DNA of 64,000 nt, from contig NW_021837025.1 in NCBI RefSeq assembly GCF_006345805.1, forward strand, positions 62,001-126,000. The letters run 5' to 3'. This DNA is from Octopus sinensis. Lineage: Eukaryota. Numbering within the stretch: position 1 is the stretch's first letter; every line of letters begins with the position of its first letter. Of this stretch, positions 10,299 through 22,550 are shown in pieces. Position numbers and translations under genes: made by a program. The notes beneath the pieces were generated by a model. The model saw only the letters and a program-made list of their open reading frames with translations. It did no database searches and had not been told where the DNA came from.

Positions 10299-11353
10299 TT
10301 ATGTGACATGGGCAACTATGTCGTTATGGGCAGTCTGTCCTTTTACGTGTTTCTGTGGCAACCGCAGAAAAGGTATTCAATATTGAATATAGCAATTTAT
10401 ATATGGAAGAGTGCAGATTAATCAATTATTCTAATTAAAAATTGGATTTGAATTATCTTTTAAAAATGGCTTACCCAAAAGAAACACCCGAAAATAATTA
10501 TTACAATCTAAAGCTACTGATGATCGAGAAGACGTTGCCCCTCAGGATCGCAATGGATATTCTTTGGAACAACCATTGCTTCTCCCGAGGCTCTCTCTGT
10601 CTTCTCGAGATCAGATTCCCGATTTCCCCGACGAGTTCGAACGATTTTTGGCTCATGACCCCGGAGGTTTCTACGGATATTGGGGAGAAGATGAAGTTGT
10701 CCAACAGGTTGGAATATTTCTGAACTTTATGTGCCTCAGCCTTCTCAGCGGCTGAGCCTGGACTGATCGCGGAGTCAACTATATTGGTCTTTGAGAAGGT
10801 GTCTGTGCACGTGGAGTCCCACGCGAGGCATTTCCCATTACTCCACGGGAAAATGGTGACTCCATCTGGGCGTTTACCGTCTCCACGGTCAAGCCCAACG
10901 GGTTCCAGTTCTGTCGGGAATCCAGCTGCTTGTAACGCAGCCGAAATAGTCTCGTTGATAGCGGAGTGTCTGGGAGCACGGCCAGCACTCCCTCTGCATG
11001 ACAGGGGATGTAGTCCTTTGGTATCGACTTTACTACCGCATCGGCATTGGCCCCCCGAACAGACATTAAGTCCCAAGCGTATTGCTACGCCAATCCTCAC
11101 ACAGTCATTATCGAGAAGGGTATATTAAGAAAAAGTGATTTGTATCCGAGTGAGAATACAAATGGATTCTATCCGTTATTGACGTCTATAGTCTGTTTTA
11201 TGATTATAATTATCATAGTTTTGCTTTTTCGAGGCCATTAATTAACGAGTCAGGACTCGAGGTTTCAAAAAATCTCGAGTCCCTATTTTATCTAAATGAT
11301 CCCTGTGAGATTTTAAGGTTGCCCATAGGGGCCTGATTACCCATGTCACATAA
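10299..11353. mobile_element. Non-autonomous TIR element, copy B (contains a CRE-like insert)
   Basis: Perfect 14-bp inverted ends: TTATGTGACATGGG (10299) and CCCATGTCACATAA (11340-11353). Confidence 0.7.
10501..11122 (-). mobile_element. 5'-truncated CRE-like RLE retroelement tail, copy 2, open frame
   Basis: LLDNDCVRIGVAIRLG...CRCG...HPLSC...EPVGLDRGDGKRPDG...WDSTC...KY...LFQRISIAILRGN is homologous to 3291-4001. Confidence 0.85.
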
Positions 11354-11424
11354 CAAAAAGAAACTCAAAATACATGAATTTAGAAAGAACTTGTTTGATT
11401 AGTATCAACTAGTTATTTTTGTTT

Positions 11425-12333
11425 TTATGGTTTTTCCCTGAAATCACATTTGTCAGTAGTTTTGACATTTGAAAAGAGAGTGTAAAGTCCGAAAAACCCG
11501 CATTTGTACACGTGTATACTGACATTATTGTCTGCTAGAGCACGTCCTTCACGTGTGTTGAGAATGTAGAGAGTTTGTTCGTCTGTAGCGATTAAATTGA
11601 GGTCCAGGAGTTTATAAAATAATTTTTTGTACGTTTCGCAGAACTGGAACAAGACTTTGGCATGACCAGCGAACATGGCACCCCCAACCCACTCTAGGGC
11701 GTCTTTGGTGATTATATCCATGGATCTTTCATGAAAATCTCTTACCTGGGAGAAGAAAATGCTGTTATTGTCAATGTATTTGGAAGTTGTAAAACTATAG
11801 TCCATTTGAGGTTTGGTATTACGCAATAACCCCATGTCTGTCCATGCAAAATACGAGGACGTATTTGAAAACATTCGAATGGCTCTTTCTACCAGTTCGT
11901 GTTTGGAATTCACGATTGCCGAATACTCGAAATTACCCGTTTGGAGTGGGTGCTTTCCATAACCCGGAAGAGTGAATATTTCCTGTATTTTCTGAATATT
12001 TTTAAATCCAATCAACTCCCAACGAGAAAGATAAATGACAGTGGTTTGTTTTCCTTTTCGGACCTTTAACAGTTGGTCGAGAAAAGATTTGCTATCCGAG
12101 AAAAACACAATGTGATTTTTCACAAACCCGTATTTATAAATCCACTCATAGTACTGGGAAGGCTTCCGAATTCCGCCTGGCTTCAAAAATTCCCCAAGAT
12201 TGTAGTAGCCAGAAACTATTACAAAATCTTCATTGTTTACTGTTTCCGGCTTTTTTGGGCATACAAGATAATATAGTATGATGAGGAAAACAGACATGAT
12301 TAACAGGACTTTATATTTCTTGTAAAAAAACAT
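11425..12333 (-). CDS. HtrL/YibB-like protein with N-terminal membrane anchor; intronless
   Basis: 302-aa ORF. The motifs IVSGYY, YYEW, IVFFSD, YSAIVNSKHELVERAI, YFAWTDMG, WVGGAMFAG and ATDEQTLY match my recollection of the HtrL/YibB family. Hydrophobic stretch at residues 9-25. Confidence 0.65.
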   Translation of the reverse strand: MFFYKKYKVLLIMSVFLIILYYLVCPKKPETVNNEDFVIVSGYYNLGEFLKPGGIRKPSQYYEWIYKYGFVKNHIVFFSDSKSFLDQLLKVRKGKQTTVIYLSRWELIGFKNIQKIQEIFTLPGYGKHPLQTGNFEYSAIVNSKHELVERAIRMFSNTSSYFAWTDMGLLRNTKPQMDYSFTTSKYIDNNSIFFSQVRDFHERSMDIITKDALEWVGGAMFAGHAKVLFQFCETYKKLFYKLLDLNLIATDEQTLYILNTREGRALADNNVSIHVYKCGFFGLYTLFSNVKTTDKCDFREKP

Positions 12334-12479
12334 TGTTAAATGCGATTGAAACTGGTGAATATTTATGAAAATTCGGTCAACTATTATTACAGAAATAAAA
12401 TTATAATTTGAAAATTAGATTTACCATTTCGTTACAAAAAAATGATTATAAATACTTATTAAGAAAGAACTAAAAAAAA

Positions 12480-13620
12480 GAAAAACTTGAAAATGTCTTT
12501 CGGGTAAGAAATCTTCTATTCTGCCAAGAACCAGTCTTTCCAGGATTTTTGACATTGAACATAAGAGGGAAATCGGCCTGAAAGATGCCGGGTCCCCTCT
12601 TGGTCTTCCAGGCTTCAGTATCGGCCGTATTAGGGCCTGTTTCCATATTGACGGAATCACGTTGTTGTTGATTGAATAGTTGAAAATGGATGTTAGGAAC
12701 CTGACTCCTTCGACACCAAGGTTTTTTAATAGAATGATCGGGATTTTGTCCGGGCCGTGAGAATACGAAGATTTTGTGGGGTGCAAGGTATCTTCCACCT
12801 CCTTTACCGAAAGGAGGAGCGGTTCAGCCCGTTTTTTTAGGCTTCTGTTGGAGGGGAGTGAGTCGGATTTCCTGTGCTCTTTGTGTGCATTTTTCGCATA
12901 GAAATTCATGAGGCTGTTCACGTCTTTTTTATCAAAATCTTCAAAAGGTTCGGGAGCGTCCCCCCTGGCCACGTGCCGAATGGCTTTCCACACTTCACCC
13001 GTTGAACGATTACGGTTCATGGTAGAAAGAATGCGATTCCATTTCAAATAGGTGTGCCTGTGTTCACTGGTCTTCAATTCCTTGTTTAAATATTGGATGC
13101 GGGTAATTATGTCAGAAGACATTCGGTTTGACTTTTTGAGGCGATTTCTCGCCTTGGCCAGACCGGATATCCTTCGACTACAAGCAGCGTGAGGTGGACG
13201 TTTAGGAATAGCCATTGCTCTTGCTTCCAGAATGATCTTCGAGAAGAAGCCAATGGCCTTGTCGAGAGAGCTAAAGTTGTACAGATTGCAATTTTTTAGT
13301 CTCGTGTTCAATATCTCTTCGAACCGTGGCCAGTTGGCCGCTTTGTAATAGTATGGAATTGGAACTTTCCTGGTGACAACTTCTCTTTTGATCTTCACCG
13401 TTATCGGGTTGTGATCGCTTCTCGTTTCATAGAAGACTGACCACTCCGTAGATGATGCAAGAGAAGGAGAGCATAAAGTTACATCGGGTGATTGTCGGTC
13501 CCTCTGAATGGGGTTCTTGTGTTTCTCGATGGGTTGTTCAGGATAGTTAAGGAATCCAATTGGGAAAGTAGAGATTTCCCTCTCGTATCCGCCAACTGAT
13601 TAGAGAGCTAAAGGGGGTGT
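12480..13620 (-). mobile_element. APE-type LINE fragment (end of endonuclease, linker, first RT motifs)
   Basis: RSDHNPITV, AANWPRF, SHGPDKIP, WKQALIRPILKPG, SFRPISLLCSMSKILERL. Confidence 0.9.
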
Positions 13621-13624
13621 TTCA

Positions 13625-14870
13625 CATTGAGGTCACCGCATAAGATGACCCCGTCTATACGTGCATTCCACTCCTCCGCTTCGACAGCCTGCACACTGTG
13701 CTCTTGTCACGGGCCAGCGTTAGTCCCTTTACATGAGTCCATTCCATTATCCTTGCAAGGTATGGTTCGAGCCTTCGCCATGACAGATCACTCCGTCTCG
13801 AGACATCGATCACGAGAATATCGTCTGCGTATACAATGAGATTACTTAATCGACCCGTAGGTAACGGGATGTCAGCGAGAAAAAGATTAAATAACAGCGG
13901 GCTCAGTATAGAACCCTGAGGCACATCTCTTTTGAGCTCCATCATCTTGAGATTGTCGATTTCAATTTTTAACTGGCTCCTGCGATTCTAAAGGGTGCCC
14001 TTCTTCGTTACAAGCATGGACAGTTGTCTGTTTGGCGGCACCAAGGTCCCAATGCTCTCAATACTCTCTTTTCTGTAAATCTTTCCAGGAATTCGACAAT
14101 TGATGACCTTATATAGGCATCGAGGTCGTCGATGTCCTTTATGGTCCGAAGAGGACGGAGCACGGTAGTATTAAATCCCAAGCACATGGAGGACTCAAAT
14201 AAATGCCAATTCACAGTCGACAGATTATATCCAATAAACAGGTCCTCTGTCAGATTTATTTTCGTCCTTAGTCTCAATGATTGCGGGATGTGGTCCCTTC
14301 CTACATCCAGCTCGATTGTCGGACAATCACAGAGTGGAGTAATAGACGCAGAGGAGAGAAAAGGCGATCCGGTCTGCCTCTGTCCGGATAGTGGTTTAGC
14401 TCTTCGGACGTCCATATCAAAAAACCGAGATTTCGAGACCAACTCTCAAGAACCTCTCTGTCCGTATTGGTTGCTTCACACCCATAGACAATATTCTTTG
14501 CGTTCAGGTCAGCGGCTAGGATAGCTAGATTGTTCTCTTTATGAATGTCCTAACAACCGCCGGGTAGCTTTTCAAAGTCTTTGAATACATACCTCCGACA
14601 GTAACCTAGCCAACGCCTGTAACCAGTTCGAACGATACACGTTCTTAACTTTGATAATCTTTCCGTTTTTGACTCATACTTCCATTACTGCGTCAGTCTT
14701 CCAGGGGATATTAAGGGATTTGTAGTCTTCAAATTCAATTTTATTTGATCCCTTCAGCTTTGTCTCGTTAACAATCAATACGTCAGTTTTCGCTGAAGCT
14801 ATCAGAAACTTCAGCTCAGTTATCCGTCTCGTGAGTGAGCGGGCAGGGCTGGATGGTATAGTGCAAAAAA
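13625..14870 (-). mobile_element. Second LINE fragment: decayed AP endonuclease plus RT core after an internal deletion
   Basis: DVLIVNETKL and AADLNAK (APE motifs, with stops and frameshifts); VPQGSILSPLLFNLF and YADDI (RT core). Confidence 0.85.
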
Positions 14871-14959
14871 CTTCAAATAAAAAGCTAATTTATCAATCAA
14901 TCAACAACTTTATTTAGGTAACAAGGGATAGTATATGGGGTAATAATTAATGAAACGGT

Positions 14960-15520
14960 AAGGCTTGCTCACCGACCTCTTCCGCGAAACAAAAAAGAAA
15001 GGAGGGACCCAACCTCTCAGTATAGAATTACCTTTGCAGGTAAGTCCCAGTGACTGTTGACCAGAATTTGTAGTTTTTGATGCTTTTTTCAACGATTTCC
15101 CCCACCGTAGGCGTTTTAGCCTCGAGCCATGGGGGAATCGGGCATTCCAGGCTTTGGGAGTAGGCGATTTTAACGCCAGTCTCCGAGTATTCTCAAACTT
15201 CCCGATAATGGAACTCCTCTTTCTAGAGAAGTACCATGCCTCTTTTCCAAATACAAGTCCTGGTAAGATCACCGTGTTAAAAACATAAAGGAAAGTATCT
15301 GGTTCCAGATTTAACTTTCTTAAGCAAAAGAGTGCGTTTGTTGCTTTCTTTTTTCGAATTTTCAGTGTATTTACCATTTTCTTCAATTTGCAATCCCAGG
15401 TATTTTATTGAATGTTGTCGTGGTATGTTAGTAATCAGACATGGTGAATTTTTAAGATTTCTACTTTCTGTGATTCTCAACAGGGCAGACTTCTCACGTG
15501 CGACAGCCAGCATGTTACTT
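14960..15520 (-). mobile_element. Third LINE fragment (RT KYLG motif and thumb)
   Basis: SIKYLGLQI followed, after a frameshift, by VFNTVILPGLVFGKEAW. Confidence 0.7.
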
Positions 15521-15681
15521 CTGCACCAATTTAATATTATTTTTGAAAAGAATTATTAAATTTAGTCAAAATATAAAGAGTTCCATAATTTTTTGGCACA
15601 ACTTTATTATTTTAAACCAGTTTTAAAAATGTATTAATTTTGAATTAAAACAGATTATAAAATTGCTCATTTTCACATCAC

Positions 15682-18018
15682 ATGGATTTTAGTGTTGTAC
15701 ATATTTAGCTTAATCTTTCCAGTCTGACCCACTGCTCAACTATCACTCCGAGAGGTACCAGAAATTCACCGAATTGCTCAACAAACACAACAAATCCCTC
15801 CAAAAAAATACACCAAGTCCCATATCTGTCACCACTTCCGACGGCACAGTCGTCCCCGGCACGTCCTGGAGTACGACTCCCCTCTCAATTGCCAACCAGT
15901 ATTCGGCCTCATTCTATCCCAGGGACTTGCAAGACCAATACATTGTGGCCAGAGTCAATGGGGAGTTGTGGGACCTCGAACGTCCCCTGGAAGCCGACTC
16001 CTTCGTTGAATTCCTCACTTTCGATGACCCCGATGGGAAAATGGTGTTCTGGCATTCCGCAGCCCACGTGTTCGGCCACGCCGCGGAAATATTATACCCC
16101 GGGACTCTCCTCTGTGTGGGTCCTCCTACAGAAAAGAACTTTTTCTACGATTTTTTCATTCCCGATGAAAAGTATGCCAAATAATCATTTTAGAACAAAT
16201 GGGGAGACTTTCTCTAAAAGGACGTTCGACGAGTCCGCAATTCGGGAGATCAAGTCAATAATTAACCAAATTTCTCAACGGGCCTTCCCGTTCGAGCGAA
16301 TGGTGGCCGACAGAGAAGAAATAAAGGAATTATTCAAGGTTTGGCCCTTTTAAGCTTCAATTTGCAGTACAACCAGTTTAAATTGGAGATAATCAGTGAT
16401 AAACCTGAAGAGAACACATTTTCCGTGTATCGTTGTGGAGGATTGGTGGATTTATGCAGAGGTCCCCACGTGAGGGACACGGGAAGGATAATCCACTGCA
16501 TGATTACTAATGTGACGGGCTTGTTAATGGTAGTGTTCTTCTACCTTCTGGAAAGGCCTGTCCTCCAACCCAAGTCTCCAAAGACTCTACGGAATTGCCT
16601 TTCCTACGGAGGAAGGCCTGTCCAATTACATCGAAGCCCAGGAACGAGCTGTAAAATACGATCATAGGAATATTGGAAAGGTTTTTGGAGTATTTTATCC
16701 GTCAGCAACAAGAATTGTTTTTTTTCCACCAACTGACCCCTGGGTCGGCCTTCTTCCTGCCGAAAGGGGGGATTATATATACTCGGTTAGTCAAATTCAT
16801 GCAGGGGGAGTACGCGAAGAGGGGATTCCGGGAAGTAGTGTCCCCGAATGTGTACAGCAGTAAGTTGTGGGAGACGTCCGGTCATTGGCAGCACTATTCG
16901 GTGGTGTGGATTGTCACATTGATAGGATAATATGTTTAAATTCACTTGTGATGACACTCAGTTCGGTCTCAAGCCAATGAACTGTCCTGGCCACTGGTAT
17001 TGGAGTGTGTCTTATGTGTAGTCTCATGTTTAATTTCAGAACTCGTTCTTACCGAGAACTGCCTTTGAGATTGGCTGAGTTTGGAGTTTTGCACAGAAAC
17101 GAGATTTCGGGGGCACTTTCTGGGCTGACGAGAGTGAGGAGATTCCAACAAGACGACGCCCACATTTTCTGCGAGTATTCCCAACTGGAGAGTGAGATCT
17201 CTGCTTGTCTCGAGTTCGCCATGTTCGTTTACAGCAAACTGGGATTCAAAAAATTCGAGTTGTTTCTCTCCACTCGCCCTGATGACTATTTGGGGGATCT
17301 GCACGTGTGGGAGGACGCCGAAGCAGTAATCGTATTTTGTTAGGTCATAGCAACTCACGAGGGCTCTTAATAGGTCAGGGTTTGACTTCAAGGTCAATCC
17401 GAAGGACGGAGCCTTCTACGGTCCCAAGATTGATATTTGCATGTTCGACGTGATGGGGCGATCTCATCAATGTGGGACAATTCAGTTGGACTTTAATTTG
17501 CCCAGTCGGTTCAACCTTCTCTACACATCGTTGGTGTGTTGTGGTTATTTCCAGAGACCAACAAACGGAGAAAAGACCAGTGATGATCCACAGAGCAATT
17601 CTCGGTTCACTTGAGAGGATGATTGCTATTTTGTGTGAGAACTGTTTGGGGAAATGGTTTGAGTGTTCATTCCATGTTCAGGCCGTTCTGGTTATCCCCA
17701 TTCCAGTGCATTGTCATGAGTGTCGCCTCCGTGGCCAATGACTATGCTTATGAAGTGACTGACATATTGGAAAGGAATGGATATTGCTGTGACGTGGATG
17801 ACGACAGCACTACTACTTTGTCTAAGAAAATTAAAAATGCGTATCCTAAATATAATTTTATTCTTGGTACTATCAACTGATGTATTGTAGTTGTGGGGGC
17901 TAAGGAGGTCGAGAAGAGAATGGTTAGTCTTCGAGCACGTGATGTAGATGAAGCTAACAAAAATCAGGAGTTGCTTACGATCGCGGATCTCCTTGATAAG
18001 TTTAGTCAACTATTGTGA
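15682..18018 (+). CDS. TARS: Threonyl-tRNA synthetase, cytosolic type, multi-exon
   Basis: TGS domain ([15 protein letters not shown]), [70 protein letters not shown]. Confidence 0.97.
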
Positions 18019-19489
18019 ACTTGTTTTTGACGGTTTCACTTTTGGTTTTATCAATTGATATTTTGTTGTATGACTATCCATGTAGCGAGATTACAAATGA
18101 TTGAATTTGAACGAATTTAAAAAATAAACTTTTTTTTGATATATTTAAGTAATGTAAACTTGTTCAGTTTTTTTTGGTTTTGAACTTTCGATTTCATAAA
18201 AAAAGCGCATAAATATATGTTTCTCAGAAAAACTAAAAATGTAAAATACTTTATTCCATGTTGAGAATAAATTTGAGACATATTCGTAATATTTTCTCAT
18301 TGTAAATTAATAAGAAAAAGCATGTTCAGTTTTTATTTTTGTGGCGGTTATCAGAGGGTGGCGGATATGAGAGACTTTATTGTATGACTAATATAAGTCA
18401 CTTTGAAGAAATATGAGTAATACATTATTGAAAATTTTTTGTTGAATACTTCATGGACTGATAAATCCATTTTAATTCTCTAACAGAGCAGCACTAACAT
18501 TTAAAATATATCATGACTGAGGGTTTTAAATGAATCCAAACTGCAAAAATTTTGCCACATCCTTTAACTCAGGACCACCTCAACATTAGCGCTCGAGATT
18601 TCTGAGAGCAAAGTAATAGATAGCAGTTTTATAGACACAGGCTGTCTTACCCATATTATAGATAAATTGACTAACTGACCCATTTAGGTAAGTAGTGATT
18701 GATTCGAAAACGTGAGATTAAGTAAACAAAAACAGAATTTTAAATGAAACCTAAAAACATTTTATGATATCATAACATCTAAGTTAAGCAATTAAAGGTG
18801 AGTGACCGATTTATGGTCTCAGTATTCACCTCTGATTTGAAGATAAGTGATGGTTCTTGTAAATTAAAAGTGGTTCTATGCTCGACAAAAAATTTTTTGT
18901 ATACAATTTTAATCAATCTTATTTCTAAACATAAAGGAATAGAATTAGAGACACAGTAAAAGATTGAAAATATTATTTCGTCAGATGGCCCCTGCAATAA
19001 TCACAAATCATAATTCCAGGATAAAAATCATCATTCGAATTAAAATAATAATTAAAATATATGCCGACACACACCACAAAAAAACTAACAAACGTGTTTA
19101 ATTTATTAAAATTATTGATATCAATTTCAAAAATTTCGTTATCTGAATTATTAAAAATATAGATTTGGCCTGGTCTGTATGAAAAAAGATTCAACATCGA
19201 CTGATTTATATGTTTTCATTTATCCGTGTAATTTACGTATTCTCAATCCATGTTTCTTTTTGAATTTATTCAAGAATTCATTAGAATTTTTAAAATTACT
19301 TGATTGTAATTTATCCGCAAATAATACTTCCTATGTAGATATTGAATCATCATTTACAAAACCACCTAAAAATTGATTTTTCGGAAACTAACTTTATACC
19401 CTATCATTTATTCAATCAACTTCTCTTCAAGCTTTAAAAACTTCGGTTTATGCCCAGTTTTAAAAGAAGCTTGATAATTTTTGAATCTT

Positions 19490-19860
19490 TTAACGAGACG
19501 GATATTAAAGTCTATCGGACATTTTTGTCTACGACAAACTTCGGAACATCATTACGCTCATCGAAATTGGAATTACTTCTCAACAAGCTTTGAAGCATGC
19601 GGAAGTCGAGAAACTGCATAAATAAGATCTCTTGGCAAGTGAAATGAAGTTAATCCACGATACACATATGAACGTTATACCGCTTGTTCTCATATGGGAT
19701 AGATTAGTATCTAAATTTTACAAACATCACCAAAAATCTCTAAAAGTCGAAGATTCAACTTGTTCCAGTGTCCAGACGATCATGATTAAAGACATTAGAG
19801 AGTATGCGTCCGAACACAAACTTTCAGCTACGGCGGCAAATCACGTAACAAGTATTTCAA
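19490..19860 (+). pseudogene. R4-like RLE retroelement 3' fragment
   Basis: DIFVYDKLRNIITLIEIGITSQQALKHAEVEKLHK*DLLASEM..VIPLVLIWDRLVSKF is homologous to 63400-63870. Confidence 0.8.
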
Positions 19861-20739
19861 TAAATGTCGGGGCAATCGTTCTTGTTCAGGCGGAATTTTT
19901 TTAATCTTAATTTTTAAAAACTTTTCTTTTGATAATCCATTAAAAACCACTGTAAAGTGTTCTAATTATTGATTTTTAATCAAATTTCTGAATTCAAAGT
20001 GAAAATTTCCTAAAAGCAAACTAAAAAAGATGTAGTTATTTGCATGGATAATGAGAGTTTAAAAAATTTTCAGAGTATCGTGGAGAGGTGTAATAAAACT
20101 TTGGCAAAAATTCTTTAATGCTGATAGAGTGAGGAATCAAGTAAAAACTGGATCCAATTTATTAGACGATTCATTCATAACATAACTATTCATTTTTTAT
20201 AAACAAAATACCATTTAAAAAACTAAGAAAAATTTTTGATATAAACACCGTCATTCATAAATATAACAGTTTTTCGATTTTTTATATTTCCACAAAGCGA
20301 GAGGTTAGATAAGTTTTGTCCGCTATCGTCTGAGGATTTGGATTTAGAAAATAATTTAGATGTTTCAGATAAATTTTGTAGCAAGTACGCTAGAAAACTT
20401 GGATCACAGTGCTTTTGTACTGAATATTTTTCTGGGTACAAAAGTGCGAGCCGAAGCACCCCGAACAATCTCTACGTTTGTTAACAAATCTATTTCTCTC
20501 TGAACATAAATGATTTATTCTTAATTTTTGCTTGATATGTTAGCTTGTTATGCGAGCGACCCAGCTTTAATTCCAGACAGACGCATGTTTGTTTAAAGAG
20601 TTCTTTTAATTATTTATGTGACCAGAAATCTCGTCCAAAAAGAAGTTTCGAATAGATGGGATATGTGTCCATTATTAGTATGTTGATACATTATTATTAT
20701 TATTAAAACCAAGATCACCTTCCAAAACATAGAACTAAT

Positions 20740-20850
20740 TAATCAGGTGATCCCGGCTTCTCTGAAGAGGGTCTTCATCTTTGCCCGGTGCTCCTCCTTA
20801 GTCCCGACACAATTTCTATGAGGGCGTGGTGGTGGAGTTTTAGGGCCAGT
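20740..20850 (-). pseudogene. LINE 3' terminal fragment
   Basis: EEHRAKMKTLFREAGIT* matches the ending of 4690-4876, also at the DNA level (GGGATCACCTGA). Confidence 0.6.
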
Positions 20851-21719
20851 ATGTTTGTACATCGGACGTTTTCAATAAAATGAATCGTATTTAAAAATTT
20901 CATTTGTCTGAATTACTTTCCGATCACAAAACGACATTTCCAGTTGGCTAAGCGTTTTTTCTTTCTCGATTCATGTACTTTAAGTTTCTTTTCTATAATT
21001 TTGATTTCGTCCTGATCACAAACAAGTTTTATGAAAATTTGAATAAGCCTTATAGCTTTTCTTTCCTGGATAGGCAATATCTAAAATATCATTCTTGTTG
21101 TAGAAGGAATGAGTTGAGGTATTCCTTTATTACTCCACCGACAACACTTTCTCAAAAGTTGATATGGAATTTTCTAGGAATTTCCCTTAATTGCTGAATT
21201 TTAAAATAAAGTTTATTCAAGCATTCTCTGAAAAAATTTTTAGTCCCTGTTCGATATGGAAAGTTAGTTTCTTTGAATTTGTACTTACCAATGACTTGAC
21301 TTAGTTGAATTAATCTTTTCGTTAAAAACTCGAGTTATTATAGGCCACCCTTAAAGTGAACTTAGTTTTGTAGACATCAAAACTTTAACCGCCAACTGAA
21401 AATGTCGTCCTGTGGTCGGATAGTAATTTGGATAAATGATATTTTTAAAAAAGGAAATTTTGTATTTTATGTGATTCTTGCTCTAAATACTACATTAAAA
21501 TGAATCAAGGTTGCCTGAGCCGTTTTAAACTGGTTTGTGCTTGTTGCATGAAAGTTAAAAAAATTTTAGAACTATTACTTCATTTATTCCTTATTTACTA
21601 ATACCTACACTGAGACAATTCAATCTGACGCATCTTTCCAAATACCGCTGCCTCCTTTGTTGGGGAAAACCTTGCTTTTAGAAAAATATTTTTGCCATCC
21701 CTATAAAATACGATGATTT

Positions 21720-22311
21720 TAAATGAAATAAACCCCCTACTGGGAAAAAAATGCTATATTATCATAAAAGATTCATTCATTAGTAGGTCGATGATTTTTA
21801 ATCAAATAAACCCCCGTCTAAAAAAGAAAAGAGAAGGAATCCTAGCTCAAGGCTTCTCAACCTCCAAAGGGACAATTGGATACAACGGTTCGTGCACAGT
21901 GCTTTGAAAAAGCTTTGGAATATGACTGTCGGGGAAAAAAACATCGGAGGAAGTCTAATTGATTCGGATATTGTGGAAGATGCGATTTTGAAGAGTTTCT
22001 GAGGCGATAATAGTAGTGATAAAGAGGACGCAGCAAACTGGAACATTTGAAAGATCAACAAGTTATAAACAATGCGGAATGTGCATCCATAATTCTGCTA
22101 AATGTCATTGAGCAAGAGATTCCGGAAAATGTACTTGATCTATCAAGGAAAATAACATGATTTTGATGCGAAAAAACAAAAACTCGATTAAAATTAACTG
22201 ATTTTTTATTACAAAATAAAAATTGAGACCTAAATTTAAGGGAAACCCTCTTTTTGGGGAAAAATCTAAAAATTGGGGAAAATTTTCCCCAATTCGGGGT
22301 CGCACTGTATC
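21720..22311. mobile_element. Decayed Tc1/pogo-type element
   Basis: The terminus GGGGTCGCACTG-TA resembles the MITE end at 1098-1111. Weak transposase C-terminal similarity at 21850-22030. Confidence 0.35.
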
Positions 22312-22550
22312 AATATTTATTCAAATCTGATGGACTTTCTAAAACAACCCGAAAATCCCCTTTTTGTTTAAAACCTTTCAAAAATCCAAGTCCTAGATCA
22401 GACCTAAACTCGTGGCTGAAACCCGTCTAGTGCATTAATCGCCTAATTTTATTAGTTTAAATAAACAGTTCCAGGAAATGATTACACGACTTCCTGCCAG
22501 TAAGAAAAATCGTTTATTATAATTATCCATTGCTGTCTAAATTAGTCAAC

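Noticed and set aside
18779-19376. Possible AT-rich gene on the minus strand
   Set aside because: No recognisable domain and no convincing splice model.
20223-21000. Possible multi-exon gene interrupted by a LINE tail
   Set aside because: Only short open stretches. I could not build a consistent model.
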